Shown one piece after another: positions 42,543 to 49,213 of a DNA stretch of 49,213 bases. The number at the start of each line of letters is the position of its first letter. Position 1 is the first letter of the stretch. This DNA comes from an uncultured Bacilli bacterium. Lineage in GTDB: Bacteria; Bacillota_I; Bacilli_A; RF39; UBA660. The notes under the pieces are model-generated. The model ran no database searches, was not told the DNA's origin, and worked only from the letters and a program-made list of their open reading frames with translations. The translations under genes were made by a program, and so were the position numbers. Location of the stretch: positions 1 through 49,213 of the forward strand of contig CAJTLA010000003.1 of assembly GCA_910576985.1 (NCBI GenBank). Direction: 5' to 3'.

Positions 42543-44795
42543 CTATTCTGCTGTTACACTCAAATTATATTTATCTAAAAGTGTAAGCTGGATATTGGAA
42601 CCATTCACAATCACTGTTCCTGGTTCTATACTTTGTGTATCAACATACCCATAACCTGTGGAAGTCACATTGAAGCCAACCAATTTCAAATAGTTCATAG
42701 CGTCAATTCGACTCCATCCTTTTAAATTTTCCATCGTCCAATTAGAATCATTCGTCATTAAAAATACCTTGTCCCCTTTTAAAATAGTTGCACTAGCATT
42801 TGGATAGGACGAGATCACACGTTCGCCATTTCCAATAGTAACTACATGTAATCCCATTCCAGTAAGTTGATTTTTGATGTCCGTTGTTGACTGATTCATC
42901 ACTAATGGCATTTCATACTTTTCATTAGAATTAGAAGTATTTTGCTCTGAAAACATATTACGATATTTGGCAATACTCTTCATCACCGAAGTGGTAGCTT
43001 TGGCAACTGCTGCCCCTTGACCAAAAGAAGGAATTTTAACAGCTGTATAAATCACAATTTCTGGATCATCTTTTGGATACATTCCTGCAAACGAATGAAT
43101 ATAATCATTTTCACCTTTTAAATATCCACCATTTTTCGAATCATAAATTTGAGCTGTTCCTGATTTTCCAATCACCTCAAATCCTGGAATATTAAATTGA
43201 ATCGCACTTGTAGATCCCACATCTTGACTATGAACTGCATTATACATTAGATTTTTCATTTGAGTTACAGTTTCCTTACTAATCAATTGTTCACTTTCCT
43301 CAATATTCCTTTGATAGACTGTTTTTTCAGTATTTGGATCAACAATTTTACTAATAATATGTGGTGTTAGCATTTTTCCATTATTAGAAAGAATGCTCAA
43401 AGCTTGTAACTGCTGTACCGCTGTAATTGTGATTCCTTGACCATAAGAAGCAGCAGCCACTTCAATAGGATAAGTAAATTTGATGCTTCCTGCTAGCTCT
43501 CTTGGAAGCAAAATCCCTGTTTTTTTCCCAAATCCATATTTTAATAAACATTCTCGTAACTCATTCCTGGTAATAAATTGATTTACAATAGAAGTTGCCC
43601 CTACATTACTAGAAAACTCATAACCTTTATCAAACGTAATAGTTCCCCAACCTTTTCCCTCATTCCAATCTTGAATAAACTCTTCTCCAATCTGATAGGT
43701 TCCAGATTTATAAGTCGCACTTCCATCATAGGTTCCTTTTTCCATTGCACACATATAAGTATACGTTTTCATAGTAGATCCTGGTTCAAATAAATAAGAG
43801 GTCAATGGATTTTCATAATTCTTGATATCACGAACATTGGGATCAAAAGATGGTGTAGAAGAAGTCGCTAAAATATCTCCCGTTTTCGCATCCATTACAG
43901 CCATCATCATCCACTCAGGAGTATAGATTTCCGACACTTCTTTCAAAGCACCTTCTACGAACCTTTGAATACCAGAATCAATAGTCAGGTAAATATCATT
44001 TCCATCAATCGCTTCCACACGTTCTTCCTTAGTATCTGGAATTTTATATCCATATTTATCCCTTTGATAAACTAGTTTTCCATCAGTTCCTTTTAACTTA
44101 CTATCAAACTCTAACTCAACTCCTAATTCACCTACTATTTTTTCTGTACTTCGGTATTTATAATCTTTATTTCCTGCTAACTTTTCGTTAATTTCTTCAT
44201 CTGTAAGTTCCTCTCCACTATCAGGATCCACTTTTACTGGATATGATTTTGCATATCCAATAACATAAGAAGCAAAATCTCCATTTGGATAATATCGTTT
44301 AATGTTTTCAATGAAATCAATTCCATCTAGTCCTAAATTTTCAACTTCTTCTTTCTTTAATTCGCTAATCCCTCTTCCCCCTGGACCAAGCTCTACTTGA
44401 TAAGCTTTGGTATTTAATAGTTTTAAAATAGCCTCTTTATCCATAGAAAGAACAGGTGCTAATGAAGTCGCTGTTTTTTCTTTATCAATAACATGTCTTG
44501 GATGCTTTTTATCCGTAGTTCGTTTCTCATCTAAATAAGCAATCACCGTATAAGAAGTGACATTAAGTGCTAAAGTCCCACCTGAACTATCAAAAATAGA
44601 ACCACGATGTGCAGTTAATACCATTCTAGCGGTATCTCGCTTACGAGCAAAATCCTCCATATTTTCTCCATAAACAATTGGAGAAAGTGATAAGTAAGCA
44701 TATTGAATATATAATAAAACAATACAAAAAAGAAAGAAATAAAACATTCTCTTTGGATATTTCCAAGTTTGTTTTTTTAGTCCTTTCTTTTCCAA
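42543..44795 (-). CDS. Class B penicillin-binding protein (PBP2B/FtsI-type) with two C-terminal PASTA domains
   Basis: N-terminal TM, STMK (SxxK), SSN, KSGT motifs. Two PASTA-like repeats at the C-terminus. Located after ftsL. Confidence 0.9.
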   Translation of the reverse strand: MEKKGLKKQTWKYPKRMFYFFLFCIVLLYIQYAYLSLSPIVYGENMEDFARKRDTARMVLTAHRGSIFDSSGGTLALNVTSYTVIAYLDEKRTTDKKHPRHVIDKEKTATSLAPVLSMDKEAILKLLNTKAYQVELGPGGRGISELKKEEVENLGLDGIDFIENIKRYYPNGDFASYVIGYAKSYPVKVDPDSGEELTDEEINEKLAGNKDYKYRSTEKIVGELGVELEFDSKLKGTDGKLVYQRDKYGYKIPDTKEERVEAIDGNDIYLTIDSGIQRFVEGALKEVSEIYTPEWMMMAVMDAKTGDILATSSTPSFDPNVRDIKNYENPLTSYLFEPGSTMKTYTYMCAMEKGTYDGSATYKSGTYQIGEEFIQDWNEGKGWGTITFDKGYEFSSNVGATSIVNQFITRNELRECLLKYGFGKKTGILLPRELAGSIKFTYPIEVAAASYGQGITITAVQQLQALSILSNNGKMLTPHIISKIVDPNTEKTVYQRNIEESEQLISKETVTQMKNLMYNAVHSQDVGSTSAIQFNIPGFEVIGKSGTAQIYDSKNGGYLKGENDYIHSFAGMYPKDDPEIVIYTAVKIPSFGQGAAVAKATTSVMKSIAKYRNMFSEQNTSNSNEKYEMPLVMNQSTTDIKNQLTGMGLHVVTIGNGERVISSYPNASATILKGDKVFLMTNDSNWTMENLKGWSRIDAMNYLKLVGFNVTSTGYGYVDTQSIEPGTVIVNGSNIQLTLLDKYNLSVTAE

Positions 44796-44807
44796 ATTGG
44801 CTCACCT

Positions 44808-45104
44808 CTACTCATTAATAATAACGATATTATCATTATTATACGCAAGTCCCATGTCTTTGACAATATCTTTTACTTTATCAAAGGAAGTAAGTTCACT
44901 CACTTTCATAGTTAAACTTTCATTTTTCTTTTCTTGTTCATTAATTTGATAACGAATATCCTCAATGTTCATATTTAAATTCCCGATATTGGCACTACAA
45001 AAAACTTGAAAAACTAAAGTCATTACTGTCGCAAAAATCGCACTTAAATAAACCAAACGTTCTCCTTTTGTAAAACGAATTTTTCTTACTTTTTTTCTTG
45101 CCAT
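44808..45104 (-). CDS. ftsL: Cell division protein FtsL
   Basis: Small bitopic protein (basic N-terminus, one TM, coiled-coil) between rsmH and the PBP gene. ATG at 45104 with SD AAGGTGA. Confidence 0.75.
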   Translation of the reverse strand: MARKKVRKIRFTKGERLVYLSAIFATVMTLVFQVFCSANIGNLNMNIEDIRYQINEQEKKNESLTMKVSELTSFDKVKDIVKDMGLAYNNDNIVIINE

Positions 45105-45109
45105 AAATA

Positions 45110-46021
45110 TCACCTTTTTATTCTTTCAATCACTCTTAATTTCGCACTTCTAGCACGATTATTTTGTTCTATTTCTTCCTTAGTTGGTTCATACGTTCCA
45201 ATAATTTTATATTTTGGTTGGAATTCTTCTGGAACCATTGGAAGACTTTTTAACGTAGGATCAATACTACTAACTTCCTTAAATACTTTCTTACAAAGTT
45301 TATCTTCTAAAGAATGAAACGTAATAACACAGATTCTTCCACCAACAGAAATCATTTCCAAAGCTTGATAAAGAGCTTTTTCAAATACATTTAATTCATC
45401 ATTCACTTCAATCCGAATTGCTTGAAATACTTTTCTTGCTGGATGCTTTTCTCTGCGGTATTTTTCTGGAACACTGTTTTTTATAATCTCAACTAATTCA
45501 AGAGTTGTATGAATGGGTCTATTTTGAATAATTGCAGAAGCAATTTTAGATCCATATTTTTCTTCTCCATATGTATAAAAAATGTGTAATAGTTCTTCAT
45601 AGGAATATGTATTTACAACTGTTTCCGCAGATAATGTAGCATTTTGATTCATACGCATATCTAATTTTGAATCCTTATGAAAACTAAAACCTCTATCTGC
45701 TTCATCTAATTGAGGACTAGATACGCCTAAATCAAATAAGATTCCATCCACATGAGAAATCCCTCTGCGTTCCAATTCCTCTTTTAAATGAACAAAATTG
45801 CTAGGAATAATTTCGTAATTAGAACCAATTTGATTTAGTTTTTGTTGGCTGAATTGAATCGCTTCACAATCTTGATCAAACGCATATAACATTCCATGCT
45901 TAGTTTTTTTTAATATTTCACTGCTATGTCCTGCATATCCAAGTGTACAGTCAACAATCACACTATCTTCTTTTAACAAAAGATTATAAATACATTCTTC
46001 TAGTAATACACTGGTATGCAT
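45110..46021 (-). CDS. rsmH: 16S rRNA (cytosine1402-N4)-methyltransferase
   Basis: HTSVLLEE...DCTLGYAGHS...FDLGVSSPQLD...SLEDK...NNRARSAKLRV. Confidence 0.95.
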   Translation of the reverse strand: MHTSVLLEECIYNLLLKEDSVIVDCTLGYAGHSSEILKKTKHGMLYAFDQDCEAIQFSQQKLNQIGSNYEIIPSNFVHLKEELERRGISHVDGILFDLGVSSPQLDEADRGFSFHKDSKLDMRMNQNATLSAETVVNTYSYEELLHIFYTYGEEKYGSKIASAIIQNRPIHTTLELVEIIKNSVPEKYRREKHPARKVFQAIRIEVNDELNVFEKALYQALEMISVGGRICVITFHSLEDKLCKKVFKEVSSIDPTLKSLPMVPEEFQPKYKIIGTYEPTKEEIEQNNRARSAKLRVIERIKR

Positions 46022-46031
46022 AACATCCCCC

Positions 46032-46466
46032 TTAGTTTATATTATTTGAAAATAAGTGTTCTGCAAGATCTGAAAATTCATCTTCATTCGTATCCATAAA
46101 GTATTCCCAACGATCTTTACTCCAGATTTCCAATCGATCATTGACACCAATAATGACACATTCTTTTTCTAGGCCTGCATACGCAATTAGTGGGTCTGAA
46201 ACATTAATTCTTCCATGTTTATCAAAACTACATTCAGTCGCTCCAGATAAAAAGAATCTCATAAAATTTCTGGCATCTTTCGTATTTGGTAATTCTTTAT
46301 ACTTTTCAATAATACGTTGCCATTCTTCTTTTGGATAAACAAATAAACAATGATCAAGTCCTCGAGTCAAAATAAATTGATCACCCATTTCGTCTCTCAT
46401 TTTTGATGGAATAATAATTCTTCCTTTTTCATCGATTGTATGATGATATTCCCCCAGTAGCATCAT
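46032..46466 (-). CDS. mraZ: Transcriptional regulator MraZ
   Basis: Two SpoVT/AbrB-like halves: DEKGRIIIPSKMR and DKHGRINV. Confidence 0.95.
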   Translation of the reverse strand: MMLLGEYHHTIDEKGRIIIPSKMRDEMGDQFILTRGLDHCLFVYPKEEWQRIIEKYKELPNTKDARNFMRFFLSGATECSFDKHGRINVSDPLIAYAGLEKECVIIGVNDRLEIWSKDRWEYFMDTNEDEFSDLAEHLFSNNIN

Positions 46467-46470
46467 ATTT

Positions 46471-46537
46471 CACCCACTTTATTCCATTTCTACCCACTTC
46501 ATACCACCATTTTACCTTAGGAGTATTCTTTTGTAAA
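46471..46537 (-). promoter_or_regulatory. Pmra promoter with four phased GTGGG-like MraZ-box repeats
   Basis: Read on the minus strand. TTTACA (46532-46537), 17-nt spacer, TAAAAT (46509-46514). Then GTGGT, GTGGG, ATGGA and GTGGG start exactly 10 nt apart, ending 6 nt before the mraZ ATG. Confidence 0.6.
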
Positions 46538-46574
46538 GAGTTTTTCCACCTTTTCTACGAAAAAGATTGTCAAA

Positions 46575-46602
46575 AAAAAACACTTTACAAAAAAGTGTCA
46601 AC
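46575..46602 (-). terminator. Rho-independent terminator after mraY
   Basis: Minus strand reads ACACTTTTTTGTAAAGTGT followed by TTTTTTTTT. Confidence 0.6.
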
Positions 46603-47604
46603 TTATAACCATACCCCAAAAGCGATTGCAGCCATTGCAAGTAGTGCACCTACAATCCAAAAGCCCTTCACAATATCTCGTTCATGAAATCCTAATTTTT
46701 CAAAATGATGATGAAGTGGAGCCATTAAAAATATTTTTTTATGAAAATACATAACTGAAATCATTTGAGCAATACAAACAAGTGTTTCAATGATAAAGAC
46801 ACCTGCTACAATAATCATAGTAATTTCATGACTAGTAATAATCGCAACACTTGCTAATGTCGCTCCAAGTGATAACGATCCTGTATCTCCCATAAATACT
46901 TTCGCTGGATAAGTATTATAAACTAAAAATCCCATCAATGATCCAACTAATACAAAACAAAATATTGCAATGTCCTCACTACCTGCTACCCAACTAGAAT
47001 TCCAACTAATCATTCCAAACGCTAAAAAAGCCATCACTGACAAGCCTCCTGCTAGTCCATCTAATCCATCAGTTAAGTTGACAGCATTACTACTGGCAAC
47101 TAAAATAAATAATAAAAATATTCCATAAAACCAACCCATGTCAATTTTAATTCCTAACGTATGAATATCAAACATCGGTTCATTTCCACTTTTCATAAAA
47201 ATATAAAAAAACAGCAGTGCAATAAATAATTGTCCAAACAATTTTCCAATTTCTGTAAGTCCTTCATTATTATGGCGTTTAATAATTAAAAAATCGTCCA
47301 AAAATCCTAAAAGGGCATATCCTACAAAAACAAATATCACAATAAATAAATTTTCTGAAAAATTGATTTTTCCCATCAACAATAATATCAAAATGGTCAA
47401 CAAGGTAGGAACGATAAAAATCAAACCTCCCATTGTTGGTGTCCCCTCTTTTTCTTTGTGAGTTTTCGCTAAAAAAACACTCACTTGCTGTTTCACTTTC
47501 AACTTCCGAAGAAAAGGAATTAATATAAATCCAAAAGCGACTGATAATATAAAGCCGATCATAAGTGCTAGTACAGCTTTTGCTAAAATTAACATGAGTA
47601 TCAT
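46603..47604 (-). CDS. mraY: Phospho-N-acetylmuramoyl-pentapeptide transferase
   Basis: 10-TM protein with DDFLII, NAVNLTDGLDGLA, MGDTGSLSLG, APLHHHFE motifs. Confidence 0.95.
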   Translation of the reverse strand: MILMLILAKAVLALMIGFILSVAFGFILIPFLRKLKVKQQVSVFLAKTHKEKEGTPTMGGLIFIVPTLLTILILLLMGKINFSENLFIVIFVFVGYALLGFLDDFLIIKRHNNEGLTEIGKLFGQLFIALLFFYIFMKSGNEPMFDIHTLGIKIDMGWFYGIFLLFILVASSNAVNLTDGLDGLAGGLSVMAFLAFGMISWNSSWVAGSEDIAIFCFVLVGSLMGFLVYNTYPAKVFMGDTGSLSLGATLASVAIITSHEITMIIVAGVFIIETLVCIAQMISVMYFHKKIFLMAPLHHHFEKLGFHERDIVKGFWIVGALLAMAAIAFGVWL

Positions 47605-47607
47605 CTC

Positions 47608-48957
47608 CTATATGATTTCTAATACAGTTTGTTTATCATCAAAATCTATTTTTTCTTTTCCAATAATTTGGTAAGTTTCATGCCCTTTTCCAAGCACTAA
47701 TAGTATATCATTATTTTCAAGCATTTGTATACCCTTTATAATTGCATTTTTTCGATTTGTAATTGTTTCATAGTTTTTGTTTTCCAAATGATGAATCATA
47801 TCTTCTATAATATCATTCGGATCTTCTAACCTAGGATTATCACTTGTGAATATTGCATAATCGGATAAATGAGTTGCAATTCTAGCCATTTCTGGACGTT
47901 TTGTTTTATCCCGATTACCTCCACAACCAACAATTGTATAAATATGATTTGGATTTAATTCTTTTACTGCTCCTATTACATTAGAAACTGCATCTGGTGT
48001 ATGAGCATAATCAATAATAATTCGATTTGTATCATAAAAGATGGTATCCATTCTACCTGCTGGTGCTTTTAACTCCTTTAAAATTTCTTTGATTTGCAAA
48101 ATTTCAAATTGTTCTTCTAATAAAATAATGGCAGTCACAAATACATTATATACATTATGTTTTCCAAGCAGCTTTGTTTCTAATTGAATAGGTTCATTGT
48201 GCTTAAAAGTAAAACTACTTCCACTTACATGAATATCATAGTCTAAAATTTGATATTCAGCTTCTCCGAAACCATATGTAATATTATTATTTTCTTTTAA
48301 TAAAAAATAATTCTTATAATCGTTATCAATATTTACAATTGCTTTCCCATTCTCTTTCAATTTAGAAAATAGTTTCTGTTTTGCCAAAGCATAACTTTTC
48401 ATATCCAAATGATAATCCAAATGATCTTTTGTTAAATTACTAAATATCGCGTAAGTAAATTCAAGACCTTCAACACGATTCATTGCTAACGCATGACTAC
48501 TGACTTCCATAACCACATACTCTACTTCATTTTTAGAGCAAAATAATAACATTTCATACAATTCGTTAATTTCTGGAGTTGTATTTGATAAATCTTTTAT
48601 TTTCTCTCCATTTACATAAAATCCAAGAGTCCCAATATAAGCAGCTGCTTTTTTTAATTTACAAAATGATTCATAAGTTAAAAAACAAGTCGTTGTTTTC
48701 CCATTTGTTCCTGTCATTCCAATCAATTTCAAATCTTTAATTTGTTCATAATATTCTTCTTTTAAAGTACGTATCAAATATTCTTTTGTATCATTTACAA
48801 TTAATGTATCTACCTCATAAAGCCCATGTTCTACAACAACAGAACTGGCCCCATTTTGAATGGCATCTTCTATATAAGTATGACCATCATTATTTAATGT
48901 TTTTAAAGCAACAAAAGTATCACCCTTCTTTACTTTTCTAGAATCTGTTCTTATCTT
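47608..48957 (-). CDS. murE: UDP-MurNAc-L-Ala-D-Glu:meso-diaminopimelate ligase (MurE, DNPR type)
   Basis: IRTDSRKVKKGDTFVAL, GMTGTNGKTTT, SNLTKDHLDYH, TSDNPRLEDP. ATG at 48957 (SD GAGGTG). Confidence 0.85.
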   Translation of the reverse strand, partial: KIRTDSRKVKKGDTFVALKTLNNDGHTYIEDAIQNGASSVVVEHGLYEVDTLIVNDTKEYLIRTLKEEYYEQIKDLKLIGMTGTNGKTTTCFLTYESFCKLKKAAAYIGTLGFYVNGEKIKDLSNTTPEINELYEMLLFCSKNEVEYVVMEVSSHALAMNRVEGLEFTYAIFSNLTKDHLDYHLDMKSYALAKQKLFSKLKENGKAIVNIDNDYKNYFLLKENNNITYGFGEAEYQILDYDIHVSGSSFTFKHNEPIQLETKLLGKHNVYNVFVTAIILLEEQFEILQIKEILKELKAPAGRMDTIFYDTNRIIIDYAHTPDAVSNVIGAVKELNPNHIYTIVGCGGNRDKTKRPEMARIATHLSDYAIFTSDNPRLEDPNDIIEDMIHHLENKNYETITNRKNAIIKGIQMLENNDILLVLGKGHETYQIIGKEKIDFDDKQTVLEII

Positions 48958-49023
48958 CATAAAAAAACACACCTCACTATAAAGTATGTTTTCTTCTAAA
49001 AAGAGTGATAAATCACATATTGC

Positions 49024-49213
49024 CTAAAGACTTTGATATTCCATAATTTGTTGCTTTGATAAATTAGCAGCACTTGCAACAATATCAAGATCAACACCTG
49101 ATGACAATAAATTATGAATCATTTCTATTTTTTCTTCCATTCTCCCTTCTATTTTTCCCTCCATTCTTCCTTCTATTTTTCCCTCCTCTTTGGCATGTGC
49201 AATCAACCCTGAG
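49024..49213 (-). CDS. C-terminal part of an Rpn/YhgA-like (PD-(D/E)XK, transposase_31) family protein; the 5' end lies outside the window
   Basis: EEGKIEGRMEGKIEGRMEEKIEMIHNLLSSGVDLDIVASAANLSKQQIMEY matches the characteristic E/G/K-repeat plus HTH-like tail of this family. The frame remains open to the window edge. Confidence 0.55.
   Translation of the reverse strand, partial: SGLIAHAKEEGKIEGRMEGKIEGRMEEKIEMIHNLLSSGVDLDIVASAANLSKQQIMEYQSL
49117..49188. repeat. Three imperfect tandem 24-nt coding repeats
   Basis: TCTCCCTTCTATTTTTCCCTCCAT / TCTTCCTTCTATTTTTCCCTCCTC, preceded by a weaker copy. They encode the (E/G)KIEGRME repeats. Confidence 0.6.

Noticed and set aside
39547-46687. Embedded or antisense track ORFs in the pilin-like gene, licD, PBP and mraZ region (39547-39744, 39974-40365, 40772-40981, 43578-43793, 46141-46338, 46436-46687)
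   Set aside because: Same reasoning as above. ORF 46436-46687 also crosses the Pmra promoter, the MraZ boxes and the mraY terminator.
7768-48972. N-terminal extensions given by the ORF track for several genes (RR1, RR2, HExxH protein, GyrI-like, YbjQ, YjbR-like, DUF1848, GT-TPR, LicD, FtsL, MurE, rpsL)
   Set aside because: The extended starts are TTG or GTG codons lying inside, or upstream of, the SD of a downstream ATG/GTG with proper spacing. In several cases they would also create long overlaps with the preceding gene. The shorter starts are used.

Overview
This is a strongly AT-rich, Firmicutes-type chromosomal segment. An Erysipelotrichia or Clostridia-like origin is only an inference from protein motifs and codon style. 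Almost every gene lies on the minus strand.

Housekeeping blocks:
- The str operon rpsL-rpsG-fusA-tuf (34.7-39.0 kb).
- A rearranged dcw block: murE-mraY, then mraZ-rsmH-ftsL-class B PBP (42.5-49.0 kb), with phased MraZ-box repeats.
- A tRNA-Gln(CUG) / Glu T-box leader / long-form gltX / pepF unit (18.5-22.2 kb).

Accessory content:
- Two tandem Bce-type antimicrobial-peptide sensing and detoxification modules (ABC ATPase, FtsX-like permease, intramembrane-sensing kinase, OmpR regulator). Their gene orders differ, and each has a TNACA-N4-TGTAA palindrome in front of its transporter genes (6.1-16.2 kb).
- An operon-like set at 0.6-4.8 kb: a membrane HExxH protein, an HxxxDG condensation-type acyltransferase, a zinc-ribbon polytopic membrane protein and an SDR.
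- A decayed islet between two tRNA-Thr genes (24.4-29.5 kb). It carries an IS256-family transposase remnant, a gene fragment, a pyroglutamyl-peptidase/nitrilase fusion and a lipoprotein.
- In the same islet, and not in the ORF track, a candidate type I toxin-antitoxin: a 30-aa hydrophobic peptide gene convergent with a promoter-to-terminator small RNA.
- A secreted His/Cys-rich mini-protein next to a membrane-anchored MerR plus YbjQ.
- A 520-aa protein with a type IV pilin-like N-terminus at the end of the dcw/LicD operon, with no pilus machinery in the window.

No rRNA, CRISPR array, intact transposase or recognisable phage module was seen. All functional calls rest on motifs read by eye; no database search was possible.
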